The notes beneath the pieces are model-generated. The model saw nothing but the letters and a program-made list of their open reading frames with translations. It had not been told where the DNA came from and made no database searches. From positions 8,845-72,844 of the IMG/VR virus record IMGVR_UViG_3300032303_001959: 64,000 bases of DNA. One strand, given 5' to 3'. This DNA is from a virus. Its lineage: Duplodnaviria > Caudoviricetes. Positions within the stretch are counted from its first letter, which is position 1. Every line of letters begins with the position of its first letter. Position numbers and translations under genes: made by a program. Positions 19,534 to 29,150 of the stretch are shown here, piece after piece.

Positions 19534-21744
19534 TTAAGAGTTTCTGATCTTACTGGCGATCTCGGCATCGCGGAGCGCCATTTTCTGCTGGTGATCGGCT
19601 AACTTAATCTGCTGATCAACTTTAGCTTCTTCAACTTTCATCTGCATTGCCAGCTGATGATCCTGAAGTTTGGAAGCAGTATTTGGATCAATACCACCCT
19701 GCCCGCCACCTCGTTTAGCTAAAGCTTCTTGATGCTTGCGCATATTCTCTTGTTGTGCCCTCATGTTATTTTCCAAAGCCACGATAGCTTCACGCATAAG
19801 GTTTAGCATTTCATTGTACTGCCCAACTTCAATCTTTCGCGTAGGGTCTCCGGCAATTTGTTGAAGATGCATCATGGAATGCTGGTAATTAAGAGTGAGA
19901 TAAGCCAAAGCCATGTCCGGTTTCGCGATGCCCTGCGAAGTAGCATCGAGCATTCCGCGAGCATCTGCCAAGTGAACACGAATATGAACCGAGTGATTCT
20001 CGGTAGGCATAACAGAAATAGGACGCCCGTCTTGGAATTGAGCGTTTTCAAGCTCGGCAATCTTGGCGTCGGTCGGTAGGCGTTCTTTGAGTTTCCCAGC
20101 TGGGAGATACCGATCCACCTGGTCGTAGCCAACACGAGCGGCAACACGGTCACGGATAAGATTCTGCTGACCCACTTCGTCAAACCGAGGAAGGAGTTGG
20201 ATAAATTCGTTGAAGGCCAAGATACGAGCGCCGCTAGATCCGTACCCAACAGCCCGAACCGGGATGACTTCATGAACATCGAGTACCGCTTTCCACGGCA
20301 CTCCACGTTCTTCAAGCCTCGAACGAAACTTGGCATAACCTTCGTAACCAGCGTCACCGGGCTGCCAGGTGTCTTTCTGTAAACGTTGAAAGCTTTGTTT
20401 GAGGAGCTTGCCCCAAGTTACATAAAACAAATTGATGCTGGCAGTAGTAAGAACAGATTCGTTCGCCAGCTGAGCTTGAACCTCAGTAGCTGTTCTTTCC
20501 TTACTGCCCTGCACCTGTTGATGAGTGCGATAGCTCCCAGTATTTGCCTGACGAGTCATGGAAAGTTCCTGAACAACTGGCATTACGCTATTGTTGTAGT
20601 TAGGGAACTGAGTCGACACGACCTCAAGGTTCGGAGGAAGGAATGAAATAGGTCCGGCAAAGGCGAGAGACAAACGGCTCACGTCCTCAGCAGTCTTGGG
20701 TTGGAGAACTAAGCTGGTCGACATCATCGAGCCGTCGACCATCGCGCAACGGAGACGATTGCTTACCTGGATATGCGGGAAGATTTTGTAGCCTAAGCCA
20801 CGGATCGAGTGGTAAGTGCCGTTTCCAACGCCGAAGGTAAATAGGTTGAAAGCTTCAGAAGCTTTCTTGAAGCGACCTTCTTTTTTGTAAAGGAAATCTG
20901 TGTTCGTGCCGTCTCGCAGCCCAATGTAGTGACTGACTGTACCGTCGTATTCACGTACGTAATAGTGATTCACCCGAATCTCGCCGGCGCGGGCGTAGGA
21001 GTAGAATAGATCGTTGTTCTTAAATTCCCTCTCAAGCTCTTCCCAACCCTGGTCGGCGGGGCGGTTACCCTTATGGATCGTGGCAAGAGCCTTGCGAACT
21101 TCCTCCACATTCCAACCCGCTTCCTTGGCGGCCTTGGGGTTCTTAATGAAATTGTAAAGTTCGTGAGCCAGGTAAACCCGACGAGCAACGGCAAACTCAA
21201 TTCGATCTTCTGTAGCCTGCGTGCCCCGGGGAATTAAAAAGTCACCAATCCCGCAAACACGCCAGCGCCAGTCTTTATCGTTCTCAAAAAAAGTAACGCC
21301 GAGCCCCTGAGAAATGAAGTGATGCGCCAGCAGTTGGAAGTTGAAATGAAATTGATCCCACTCAACCAAGGTCTTGTGGAACTCTTCAGAGATTGCTCCT
21401 GCCCAGTTCTGCCGTTCGCTCTCATCGCCAAACGTAGTCTTAACTTCGACTAACTTCTCTACGCCGTTCACTAGATCGGTGTAGGCGGCAAGTGCATTCT
21501 CAAGATCAGCCGCAGCTTCGCCAAAGTTTAGATTGGCGCGATACGCCTGCCCCATACTGCGGAGCGTATTCGGGTTGTAGGGTGGATCTCCATCAAACAT
21601 CGCCTGGACCTTACTGCGGTCCTGATCAGCGGTGGCATCCGACTCTCTCAGCGTTGTATAAATACTGTGAGCCGACTTGGCGTCTTTAAGACGTGCCTTT
21701 GGCGGGGCTCCTGTTTCGCTGATGTTCTCGAGTAAGATGTCCAC
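19534..21744 (-). CDS. portal protein
   Basis: 736 aa directly downstream of terL. RSKVQAMFDGDPPY start, ERTATEV motif, Gln-rich coiled-coil C-terminus. Confidence 0.8.
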   Translation of the reverse strand: MDILLENISETGAPPKARLKDAKSAHSIYTTLRESDATADQDRSKVQAMFDGDPPYNPNTLRSMGQAYRANLNFGEAAADLENALAAYTDLVNGVEKLVEVKTTFGDESERQNWAGAISEEFHKTLVEWDQFHFNFQLLAHHFISQGLGVTFFENDKDWRWRVCGIGDFLIPRGTQATEDRIEFAVARRVYLAHELYNFIKNPKAAKEAGWNVEEVRKALATIHKGNRPADQGWEELEREFKNNDLFYSYARAGEIRVNHYYVREYDGTVSHYIGLRDGTNTDFLYKKEGRFKKASEAFNLFTFGVGNGTYHSIRGLGYKIFPHIQVSNRLRCAMVDGSMMSTSLVLQPKTAEDVSRLSLAFAGPISFLPPNLEVVSTQFPNYNNSVMPVVQELSMTRQANTGSYRTHQQVQGSKERTATEVQAQLANESVLTTASINLFYVTWGKLLKQSFQRLQKDTWQPGDAGYEGYAKFRSRLEERGVPWKAVLDVHEVIPVRAVGYGSSGARILAFNEFIQLLPRFDEVGQQNLIRDRVAARVGYDQVDRYLPAGKLKERLPTDAKIAELENAQFQDGRPISVMPTENHSVHIRVHLADARGMLDATSQGIAKPDMALAYLTLNYQHSMMHLQQIAGDPTRKIEVGQYNEMLNLMREAIVALENNMRAQQENMRKHQEALAKRGGGQGGIDPNTASKLQDHQLAMQMKVEEAKVDQQIKLADHQQKMALRDAEIASKIRNS

Positions 21745-21762
21745 GTGAACGACTATTCTGTC

Positions 21763-21784
21763 TACTGTCAGTTAAAAGTCAATA
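21763..21784 (-). promoter_or_regulatory. conserved promoter/operator box upstream of portal
   Basis: Minus strand TATTGAC-TTTTAACT-GACAGTA, followed by GA-CAGAAT. Confidence 0.65.
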
Positions 21785-23494
21785 ATTTAAGACGGGGTCT
21801 TTGTTGGTGTCGATCACGCGATCCAGCCGGCGAGCCTGCTCTTGCCAGCCCCCACTCTTCCTTGCCATCACCGTTCCGCCGGCCATTGCTCCGACTCGTA
21901 CCCTAATACACTCCAACCCTACAAAAGCTGCGTCCGCCAAATCGGGACTCTTCCCTACCCGCGACTTGTAATCTCTCTTGGACTCTACAACCAGTTTACC
22001 CCCGGCCATCGTCGTGTATTTCCTACTGGTTAGTTCCCTGGCCAGCTCAGGAGTCACACCTTTCAACTGGCCTGATCGCATAAACTCAACTCCACCAAAC
22101 CAAAGCTCAGTAACCTTGTTCCCGTATTTGTCCTTGGCCTCCACCATCGAACTTGAGCTGATCGGCAGAGTGCTGGGCTTTTCTCCGAACTTCACCCGCA
22201 AGATTCTTGGAGACCACGTCTCGGAAATAATATCGCAAAGAGGATCTCCCGCACCGGTGGCGTCGACCGCCAGATATTCCGGTGGCACCCCTTGCTTTTG
22301 GCATTCGGCCATAACTTGCCGAGCCACCTGAAAGTTTCTGGGCTGCGGGTCGTTTACGTTTTCTCTGATGATAGTGAATTCTTTTAGGTTCACAGTAGGC
22401 CCTGCTTCCTCAGTCCGTCCGTACTCCAAGAAATACAACACCGTTCTGTCTCCGCCATTAGTAAACGAAGGATCAAGTCCGGCAACTACCTTGGGTGGCT
22501 CAATCCACTTGGGGGCTTTATCGACTTCGAACTTGCGGAAATCTGCTTCCGAGTAAATAGACTCCTCTGCCCCGCCTGGAGCTGGAAAGGAACGGATAAA
22601 TCGCCAGAAAGAGATACTGTGCTCGCCGTCGTGGTCTTCGGCGTGCCGTAGTTGTTTTGTCGTAAGCAAGAACGGCCAAGCATCGTCGTGTTCGATATTG
22701 GGTGTCTTGGCTCCGTCTAAGTGAAGGCACAGCCCCAGCTTTGTATTCCACTCCTCCTTATCGACTGTGACCGAGTTCCACCCACCCACAGGAGTAGCGA
22801 ACATACCGAAGGGATCGTACTGACTGGCGAAGTTGCCCAAGGCAATACATTGAAAGGTGGGGTTGGCGTTTAGATTGGAGATAGCTTCAAAGACCGAGTT
22901 GGTCACGTCGGTGGCCTCGTCGATGATAAGGAAGACCCGCTGGTTCTTAAGACCGATAAGTTTGGCTGTGGCCTCCTTCTCTTTGTCCGGGCTGGACGGC
23001 ACCAAGGTTATGGATGACCTATCGCTTGACTCCCCTTCCGTCAAAATGATCTTACCCATAGAGTCTATCAATTTCCCGGGAAAGCCTGGGACCTGCAGAA
23101 ATCGCTCACGGATACCTCCCCAAAGGCGTTTACGGGCTTCCCGGATAGATGTGCTGGTAACTAGGACAAGAGTCTCGTGAGGCGCACAAAGCCAATTCAC
23201 CAACCCCCACATGGCAAAGGTCGCCGTCTTACCGCTGGACTTAGGGCCGGAGATAGCAAGGTAGTCCTGCTCGCAAGCGGCCTGGATCATCCGTTCCGCC
23301 CAAGGGTGCCAGCAAAACCCGGCTTTGTTTCGCGTCTTGTGGTATGGCCATAGAATCTCTACAACATTCTTGAAATGCTGAAACTTGCCCAAACCTCCAG
23401 TTTCTGGGGTCAAACCCAGCTTAAAAGCCATAAGCTCAATTTCGAGTTTTCCGGCCCCTTCCGGCCACACTTTTCCGTACAGATTCGTCGGCAT
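21779..23494 (-). CDS. terL: terminase large subunit
   Basis: Walker A GPKSSGKT, Walker B LIIDEA, nuclease motifs GLDPSFTNGGD, VDATG and SPDLADA. Confidence 0.9.
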   Translation of the reverse strand: MPTNLYGKVWPEGAGKLEIELMAFKLGLTPETGGLGKFQHFKNVVEILWPYHKTRNKAGFCWHPWAERMIQAACEQDYLAISGPKSSGKTATFAMWGLVNWLCAPHETLVLVTSTSIREARKRLWGGIRERFLQVPGFPGKLIDSMGKIILTEGESSDRSSITLVPSSPDKEKEATAKLIGLKNQRVFLIIDEATDVTNSVFEAISNLNANPTFQCIALGNFASQYDPFGMFATPVGGWNSVTVDKEEWNTKLGLCLHLDGAKTPNIEHDDAWPFLLTTKQLRHAEDHDGEHSISFWRFIRSFPAPGGAEESIYSEADFRKFEVDKAPKWIEPPKVVAGLDPSFTNGGDRTVLYFLEYGRTEEAGPTVNLKEFTIIRENVNDPQPRNFQVARQVMAECQKQGVPPEYLAVDATGAGDPLCDIISETWSPRILRVKFGEKPSTLPISSSSMVEAKDKYGNKVTELWFGGVEFMRSGQLKGVTPELARELTSRKYTTMAGGKLVVESKRDYKSRVGKSPDLADAAFVGLECIRVRVGAMAGGTVMARKSGGWQEQARRLDRVIDTNKDPVLNY

Positions 23495-23515
23495 CAGACA
23501 TTAATTGCCAGTAAT
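23492..23515 (+). repeat. 24-bp direct repeat, copy 1 (left of attP core)
   Basis: CATCAGACATTAATTGCCAGTAAT; 22/24 identical to 23734-23757. Confidence 0.7.
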
Positions 23516-23578
23516 CGCTGTTTTGTCAATAAAAAAATGAGGTCCTTTTTGTAGCAAAGCCTTGTTTTGCAACAACTT

Positions 23579-23619
23579 GGTGCGGTGGCTGAGTGGTCTA
23601 AAGCGACGGTTTGCTAAAC
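23579..23619 (+). mobile_element. attP: attP core: 5' half of tRNA-Ser(GCT)
   Basis: GGTGCGG-TG-GCTGAGTGGTCTAAAGC-G-ACGGT-TTGCTAA-AC gives acceptor 5' strand, D arm and anticodon loop (GCT). tRNA similarity stops two bases past the loop. Lies about 130-150 bp upstream of the integrase. Confidence 0.8.
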
Positions 23620-23733
23620 TGCTCACTGTCAATAATATATACACATTTTGTCTACCCTTTTCTTGAGTAAAAACGACTTACAGTTGACACTCATGACACG
23701 GGAACGGTCATAGAATGTATATCTTTTCCTTGA

Positions 23734-23757
23734 CATCAGACAGTAATTGTCAGTAAT
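23734..23757 (+). repeat. 24-bp direct repeat, copy 2, overlapping the integrase promoter
   Basis: CATCAGACAGTAATTGTCAGTAAT, inside TTGACA(23730)-N18-TAATGT. Confidence 0.7.
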
Positions 23758-25024
23758 GTCTCGTTCAAATATGAATAAGCAATTCAAACCGATTGAGGTG
23801 CAAGACGGCTTTGCGAATGTGAAAATCTATCAGTGCGTGAATAATAAGGATTATTTAACGTACATGGTTACGTGGTGGGCCGAGGGAAAAAGACAGCGTC
23901 GTGCGATTGCAGATCTTTCGGAAGCCAAGCGCGAGGCTCGTAAAATTGCCAGGGATCTTGCGGACGGTCGGGCGTCAATGGTTTCAGTCTCCACCAAGGA
24001 GCTGAGTTATTTTAGAGATCTTGAAAAGAAGATGGGCGGTACCCCGCTAAGTGAGGCCGTTGCCCTGTGGTTGCAAAATAGCGAAAGCAAATTGCCTCAA
24101 ATCAGCGTGAGTGAGGTTTTGAAGGAAATGCTTAACATAAAGCTGAACGACACCTTTATTGAAAAACGCCAAAAACAAACCCTCCAACAGCGTTGGGGCA
24201 AATTTGAAAAGGTTTTTGGGGAGCGAATTGTGTCCACCATCAAAGCCAAGGAACTGGACTCTTTCTTATCTAACCCGGAATGGCAGCCTAGAACCCGTCA
24301 GCACTATCGTGGGGCTATCAGTATGATCTTTGATTACGCCAAGCGGAAAGATTACTTGGAGCCCGACAAAGACCATCAGGCTGAAAAGACTGAAAGTATC
24401 AGAGTTAACGACGCGAAATTGGAAAGCTGGTCAGTTGAAGATATGGCTTTAATTCTTAAACACGCCACAAAAAGAACGATACCCTGGATTGTTTTGGGTG
24501 CATTTGCAGGCATCAGGTCTGCTGAAATTGACAGGCTGAGCTGGGAAGATATCGACTGGTCTAGTAATTTGATACTGGTCAAGGGCAAGCTTGTAGGTGG
24601 TTCTAAATCAAGGGCTAACAACGATAGGGCCATAGCCATGACCGCTAATCTTAAAGCTTGGCTTAGCCCTTTTAGGACATATAAAGGTAATATACTCAAA
24701 AGCCTCGGTGTAACTAGTGCAAACAAAGACATTTACAACGCGGTTAATGAGGTAATTCACAAAATTCATAAGGAAAAACCACTATTTACTTGGAAGCAGA
24801 ATGCGAATCGTCACAGTTTTGCTACATACTATTTAGCTATGACTGGAGACGCTTCAACAACAGCACTTGCGATGGGCAACAGCCCTACCATGTTGCTGCG
24901 TCGGTACAAAACCATCCAGGTGGATGGGAGAACAGTGACCCGGAGTATGGCAGAGAAGTACTTTGCTATAACGCCGGGCGAAGGAGCCACAATTAAGAAT
25001 GAGGAGTCACGAAAGATCGAATAG
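23747..25024 (+). CDS. int: tyrosine integrase
   Basis: Catalytic motifs GIRSAEI (R), NRHSFATY (R-H) and GNSPTMLLRRY (Y), plus an N-terminal arm-binding domain. The true start may be ATG 23771. Confidence 0.92.
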   Translation: MSVMSRSNMNKQFKPIEVQDGFANVKIYQCVNNKDYLTYMVTWWAEGKRQRRAIADLSEAKREARKIARDLADGRASMVSVSTKELSYFRDLEKKMGGTPLSEAVALWLQNSESKLPQISVSEVLKEMLNIKLNDTFIEKRQKQTLQQRWGKFEKVFGERIVSTIKAKELDSFLSNPEWQPRTRQHYRGAISMIFDYAKRKDYLEPDKDHQAEKTESIRVNDAKLESWSVEDMALILKHATKRTIPWIVLGAFAGIRSAEIDRLSWEDIDWSSNLILVKGKLVGGSKSRANNDRAIAMTANLKAWLSPFRTYKGNILKSLGVTSANKDIYNAVNEVIHKIHKEKPLFTWKQNANRHSFATYYLAMTGDASTTALAMGNSPTMLLRRYKTIQVDGRTVTRSMAEKYFAITPGEGATIKNEESRKIE

Positions 25025-25184
25025 TCAGACAGTAAAAACAATAAGCTTACCCAAGCACATGGCTAAATTCCTCGAAGAGGAAAGCCGGCGAATCGGGGTA
25101 AACAACGTTTCAGGTTTGGTTAGAATTGTGTTGGCGCAATACATCGACGCGCATAGTAAGAAAAACAGTCAAAAACGCCTATAG
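24999..25184 (+). CDS. ribbon-helix-helix (Arc/MetJ/CopG-type) regulator
   Basis: VKTISLPKHMAKFLEEESRRIGVNNVSGLVRIVL: alternating beta strand, helix, G-turn-S, helix. Confidence 0.7.
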   Translation: MRSHERSNSQTVKTISLPKHMAKFLEEESRRIGVNNVSGLVRIVLAQYIDAHSKKNSQKRL

Positions 25185-25214
25185 CCCTTTAGTTATAAAA
25201 CAAATTAATCTTAA

Positions 25215-25277
25215 GTCATAAACTGAATTGGATTGACTGCCGTCATACGGCGTGTTTAGATGTCATACACCGTATGA
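25215..25277 (+). promoter_or_regulatory. promoter and operator-like repeats upstream of xis
   Basis: TTGACT(25233)-N17-TTAGAT; three GTCATA boxes; inverted repeat TCATACGG-N19-CCGTATGA covering the ATG. Confidence 0.5.
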
Positions 25278-25570
25278 ATCTAATATTGGAAGCTCACTCA
25301 TTTAAAGTAGCAATCACTCCTTCCAATAAACTTCACATCTTCGTCGAGAACGTAAACCCCTCTGAAATCAGCAAACAAATTCCCGAAAAGATTTATTCCG
25401 TAAAAGAAGCCGCCTCTCGTCTCAAAGTCGGCGACCGCACAATCCGTCGGTACTTAAATAACAAACGTCATCCCCTCCCTCACTCGAAAGCCGGTGGAAT
25501 AATCCGCATTTGTGAGTCGGATATCCAGGCGTGGCTCGCGAATGAGAAATTCGGAGTCGCACGTGAATAG
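25274..25570 (+). CDS. xis: excisionase-like HTH DNA-binding protein
   Basis: YSVKEAASRLKVGDRTIRRYL...GGIIRICESDIQAWL (HTH_17/MerR-like). Confidence 0.7.
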   Translation: MNLILEAHSFKVAITPSNKLHIFVENVNPSEISKQIPEKIYSVKEAASRLKVGDRTIRRYLNNKRHPLPHSKAGGIIRICESDIQAWLANEKFGVARE

Positions 25571-25889
25571 TCGTGCCAAAGGATGTGTCGGTGAGCGTGA
25601 GTGGAGAGACGAAGTCAAAAAACGTGGCTACACCGCAAGGCGTGGCCAGCAGTTCTCTGGGAATCCGGATGCACCCGACGTCATTTCAGAACTCCCATTC
25701 CATTTCGAAGTCAAAAGGGTTCAGGCCCTCAACGTCGGAAAAGCTGTTGAACAAGCGGTACGAGACTGCGGAGGAAAACCCATCGCAGTGGCGCACCGTA
25801 AAAACAATTCACCCTGGCTCGTGACCATGACCGCGGATTCTTGGTTTGAGCTAGTAACTAAAGTGCATCCGCCAGCGGAGATAAAATAA
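25563..25889 (+). CDS. Holliday junction resolvase (Hjc-like PD-(D/E)XK)
   Basis: NSRAKGCVGERE...PDV...FEVKR; GTG start at 25563. Confidence 0.75.
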   Translation: MNSRAKGCVGEREWRDEVKKRGYTARRGQQFSGNPDAPDVISELPFHFEVKRVQALNVGKAVEQAVRDCGGKPIAVAHRKNNSPWLVTMTADSWFELVTKVHPPAEIK

Positions 25890-25890
25890 A

Positions 25891-26055
25891 ATGACAGTTG
25901 GAGAACTGTTGGAAAAACTGCAAAAGGTAAGCCCTTCCCTCGACATCTGCGTCGATGTGGATTCGGACTGCTTCGATATACAGGAAGTTCAGACCTGGCG
26001 AAGTGGAAGTGATGACTCTGAAGGTTCGTTTGTTTCGTTGATCATCGAAACTTGA
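25891..26055 (+). CDS. hypothetical protein, 54 aa
   Basis: Not in the ORF track. MTVGELLEKLQK...; TTGA overlap with the helicase start. Confidence 0.55.
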   Translation: MTVGELLEKLQKVSPSLDICVDVDSDCFDIQEVQTWRSGSDDSEGSFVSLIIET

Positions 26056-27326
26056 ACCTCTTTCCTTGGCAGAAGGAAAACGCGTCCCAGTTAATGGACG
26101 CCCTGATCAGCAACCGCGTGGCGTTGGACGCGAGCGATTGCGGAACAGGAAAAACGGTCACGGCGGCCTTTGTCGCTAAGCAGATGAATATGCCCGTGGC
26201 GGTGATATGTCCTAAAGCGGTCATACCTTCCTGGAAGCACTGGCTCAAAGAAGCTGGCGTCGAGCCCCTGTTTGTCATCAACTACGAAAAACTCCGCACG
26301 GGCAAAAAGCACGGCAAGTGGGTTGCCAAGAAATGGCAGTGGGATCTACCCTCCTCTACTCTTCTGATTTTTGACGAGGTTCATAAGTGCAAAGGATACA
26401 GCAGTCAGAACGGCAAGATCCTGGGTGCGTCTAAAGCCGACCATACCGTCTTGATGCTCTCAGCTACGGCCGCTCAGAACCCTCTGGATATGCGATGGAC
26501 GGGCGACCTTCTCGGCATCCATACCGGCGTGAACTACTGGGGTTGGCTCAAGACCATGAAGGTGGCGCAAGCCCCTTGGGGTGGTTTCCAATACTACGGC
26601 GGCAAAGAGGGTCTTCTCGCCATTCATGCTCATATATTTCCCAAGAAAGGCGTACGTACTCGCGTACAGGATCTCGGGGATGCCTTCCCTCAAAACAATG
26701 TTATGTCCGAGGTATTCGATATTGATGACCGCATTGGCAAGCTCTACGGCCAAATGGAGGCCGAGTTGGCGGCCTTGGCTGAGGCTAAGTCCAACGATTT
26801 CGACCCATCTGAACCCCGCACGAGGCTATTAAGACTTCGCCAGGAGGTTGAACTACTGCGAGTGCCCGTACTTACCGAGATGGCGAAGGAGCATGTGGAG
26901 GCTGGATGCAGTGTCGTGATCTTTACCAATTTCATGCAGACATGCCGGACGCTTATGGAGCGTTTAAATGCCCCTGCAATTCACGGAGAACAAAGCGCAG
27001 AGGAGCGTCAGGAAGCGATCGACAAGTTTCAAGCGAACAAAGAACACGTCATCATCGTGCAAATTCAAGCGGGTGGCGTTGGTCTTTCACTTCACGATTT
27101 ACACGGCCGCCCTCGAGTGAGTTTAGTGTGCCCGACGTACTCGGCGATTGACTTAAAACAGGCGCTCGGTCGCATCGCACGCACCGGATCTAAGAGTCAT
27201 TGCAGACAATATTTAGTTTACGCCGCAAATTCAGTTGAAGAACAAGTCGCACGAAAAACGAAATCCAAGATCCGTGAAATTGACTTGCTTAATGACGGAG
27301 ATTTGGTAATAACGTTGGCCTCATGA
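26052..27326 (+). CDS. SF2 (SNF2-like) helicase
   Basis: DCGTGKT, DEVH, SAT, QALGRIARTG. Confidence 0.9.
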   Translation: MNLFPWQKENASQLMDALISNRVALDASDCGTGKTVTAAFVAKQMNMPVAVICPKAVIPSWKHWLKEAGVEPLFVINYEKLRTGKKHGKWVAKKWQWDLPSSTLLIFDEVHKCKGYSSQNGKILGASKADHTVLMLSATAAQNPLDMRWTGDLLGIHTGVNYWGWLKTMKVAQAPWGGFQYYGGKEGLLAIHAHIFPKKGVRTRVQDLGDAFPQNNVMSEVFDIDDRIGKLYGQMEAELAALAEAKSNDFDPSEPRTRLLRLRQEVELLRVPVLTEMAKEHVEAGCSVVIFTNFMQTCRTLMERLNAPAIHGEQSAEERQEAIDKFQANKEHVIIVQIQAGGVGLSLHDLHGRPRVSLVCPTYSAIDLKQALGRIARTGSKSHCRQYLVYAANSVEEQVARKTKSKIREIDLLNDGDLVITLAS

Positions 27327-28423
27327 GTACTACTGACAATCACGCTAGCTACTCACCGAGCAGCCTCAAGTACTTTGAGCTCTGTCCCTGTTATCAAAAA
27401 GACAATTCTGGTGAAGTTCATCCGGTAACTCTCCGTGGAACTGCGATGCACAAAGCGTGCGAGACCGGCGAAATGGAAGGTCTCGACTCCACTGAAAAAG
27501 CTCTCGTCCACAAATGTCTTTCATTCGTCGAAGCGGCAAAAGCTGAGTACACGGAAAAGAATTCTAAATTCATGGACTTGTCCGAGCAGAAGCTCGACGT
27601 GTTTGACCAATGGGGTTACGTCGATCGCTTTTTTATTTGTGCGGATGAGGCTGCGATGTTTGATTTCAAATTTGGTTTCAACCCAGTCGACCCAGCGGAG
27701 ACCAACCCGCAGATGTGGGCGTACGCAATCGGCGTCTTTAAGAAGTATCCGTACGTAAAGAATCTCAAGCTCCATATTCTCCAGCCCCGCTTGGATTACG
27801 TCGACTCCGCTTCCTTCACCAGGGACGGAGATCTTCCCAAGATGAACGCCAGAATCAAGGGCATCATTGAGCGGGCTCGGAATAACACCCCGGATATGGC
27901 CCGCCCCGGCGACCAGTGCATCTATTGTTCCCGTATCGCGACCTGTGACGCAGTCCAGGCTATGTCCCTTTCCCTAGCCAAGTCCTACGACCTGGCTCAC
28001 GACGCTCAACTTCCCGATCTCTTCCATCCAAGCCAGCTCGCCACCCCCGACAAGCGCTCACAAGCGCAACGCCTTGTACCGGTGCTGGAAGCTTGGTGCG
28101 GTTCCGTACGTAAACACAACGTGGAGTACGCAAAGGAAGGAAATGAGATCCCCGGATACGGTCTTACGGCCGTTCAGGGAGCAAGAAAGATTACAGATGC
28201 CAACAAGGCATTTGAATTGGTCAAAGATAAGATTTCGACGGCTGACTTTATGGAAGCCGTCACAGTCAACTTCAAGGAGCTAGCTGATCAAGTCGCCAGC
28301 AAGGCTCCTCGGGGCACAAAACAAGAAGAGCGCGACAACCTTGAGGACAAACTCACCGAAGCGAACGCCCTGACGCGAGGAAGCGAGTCCTACCAACTAA
28401 GAAAGATAAAAGATAAACAATGA
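27323..28423 (+). CDS. PD-(D/E)XK / Cas4-like exonuclease (DUF2800-like)
   Basis: SPSSLKYFELCP, GTAMH, YVD...FDFKFG, QMWAYA, GDQCIYC. Confidence 0.75.
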   Translation: MSTTDNHASYSPSSLKYFELCPCYQKDNSGEVHPVTLRGTAMHKACETGEMEGLDSTEKALVHKCLSFVEAAKAEYTEKNSKFMDLSEQKLDVFDQWGYVDRFFICADEAAMFDFKFGFNPVDPAETNPQMWAYAIGVFKKYPYVKNLKLHILQPRLDYVDSASFTRDGDLPKMNARIKGIIERARNNTPDMARPGDQCIYCSRIATCDAVQAMSLSLAKSYDLAHDAQLPDLFHPSQLATPDKRSQAQRLVPVLEAWCGSVRKHNVEYAKEGNEIPGYGLTAVQGARKITDANKAFELVKDKISTADFMEAVTVNFKELADQVASKAPRGTKQEERDNLEDKLTEANALTRGSESYQLRKIKDKQ

Positions 28424-29133
28424 AAACTACGTTCCCTAAAGAACAAAAAGCAAAAGTAGAAACAGCAACCGAATCGAGCAAGGCATTGACGGAGGTTGTA
28501 GAACAACCCCTCACCTTGACCACCAACGCCGGCATGGAAGGAGAATTTAATGTCTCCGACTTCCAGATCCCCCGGCTCAACATCGCCAACAAAACTGGCG
28601 AACTCTCCAACGACTTCCCTCCCGGCAGCATCGTCTTCCGGAAAGAGGTGGCCGTTGGAAACCAGAAGTCTCCTGCCAAATTGACGATCATCCGCATGGC
28701 AAAAAAGTACATGCAGAGGATTCCCTACGGCACGGAAGAACGTCCGAAAATCTTTAACACGGCAGCCGACGTGCGTACTGCAGGCGGCACCACCGACATT
28801 ACCGAGGGTGATATGGATATCTACGATCCTATCCTGATCCTCACGATGGCGGTGCAAAGTCCTGAAGGCGCACATCCCCTGTTCGCCTTTGAAAAAGATG
28901 GAGCCCACTACGCTCTGGCGCAGATGATCCTAGCCAAGAGCGCGTACAACAACGCTGGAAAGCAGTTGATCACGGAAGCTACCACTGCTCTCCGCGAGAA
29001 GCTCTCCGGCGGCAAGTACGAGTTGGTTACCCAACTTCGCTCCAACACAATGGGCAGCTGGTTCACACCAGTGTTCCGTTTGGTCGGCAAGAACACCCCA
29101 GAAACCACCGCGTGGTTTGACGGGTTGATCTAA
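28420..29133 (+). CDS. putative ssDNA-binding/annealing protein
   Basis: Lies between the nuclease and polymerase genes; FQIPRLNI motif. Assignment is largely positional. Confidence 0.35.
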   Translation: MKTTFPKEQKAKVETATESSKALTEVVEQPLTLTTNAGMEGEFNVSDFQIPRLNIANKTGELSNDFPPGSIVFRKEVAVGNQKSPAKLTIIRMAKKYMQRIPYGTEERPKIFNTAADVRTAGGTTDITEGDMDIYDPILILTMAVQSPEGAHPLFAFEKDGAHYALAQMILAKSAYNNAGKQLITEATTALREKLSGGKYELVTQLRSNTMGSWFTPVFRLVGKNTPETTAWFDGLI

Positions 29134-29150
29134 AGATTTGGGATTCGGCC

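Noticed and set aside
23579-23660. Functional phage tRNA-Ser gene
   Set aside because: No 3' anticodon strand beyond two bases, and no variable arm, T arm or acceptor 3' strand.
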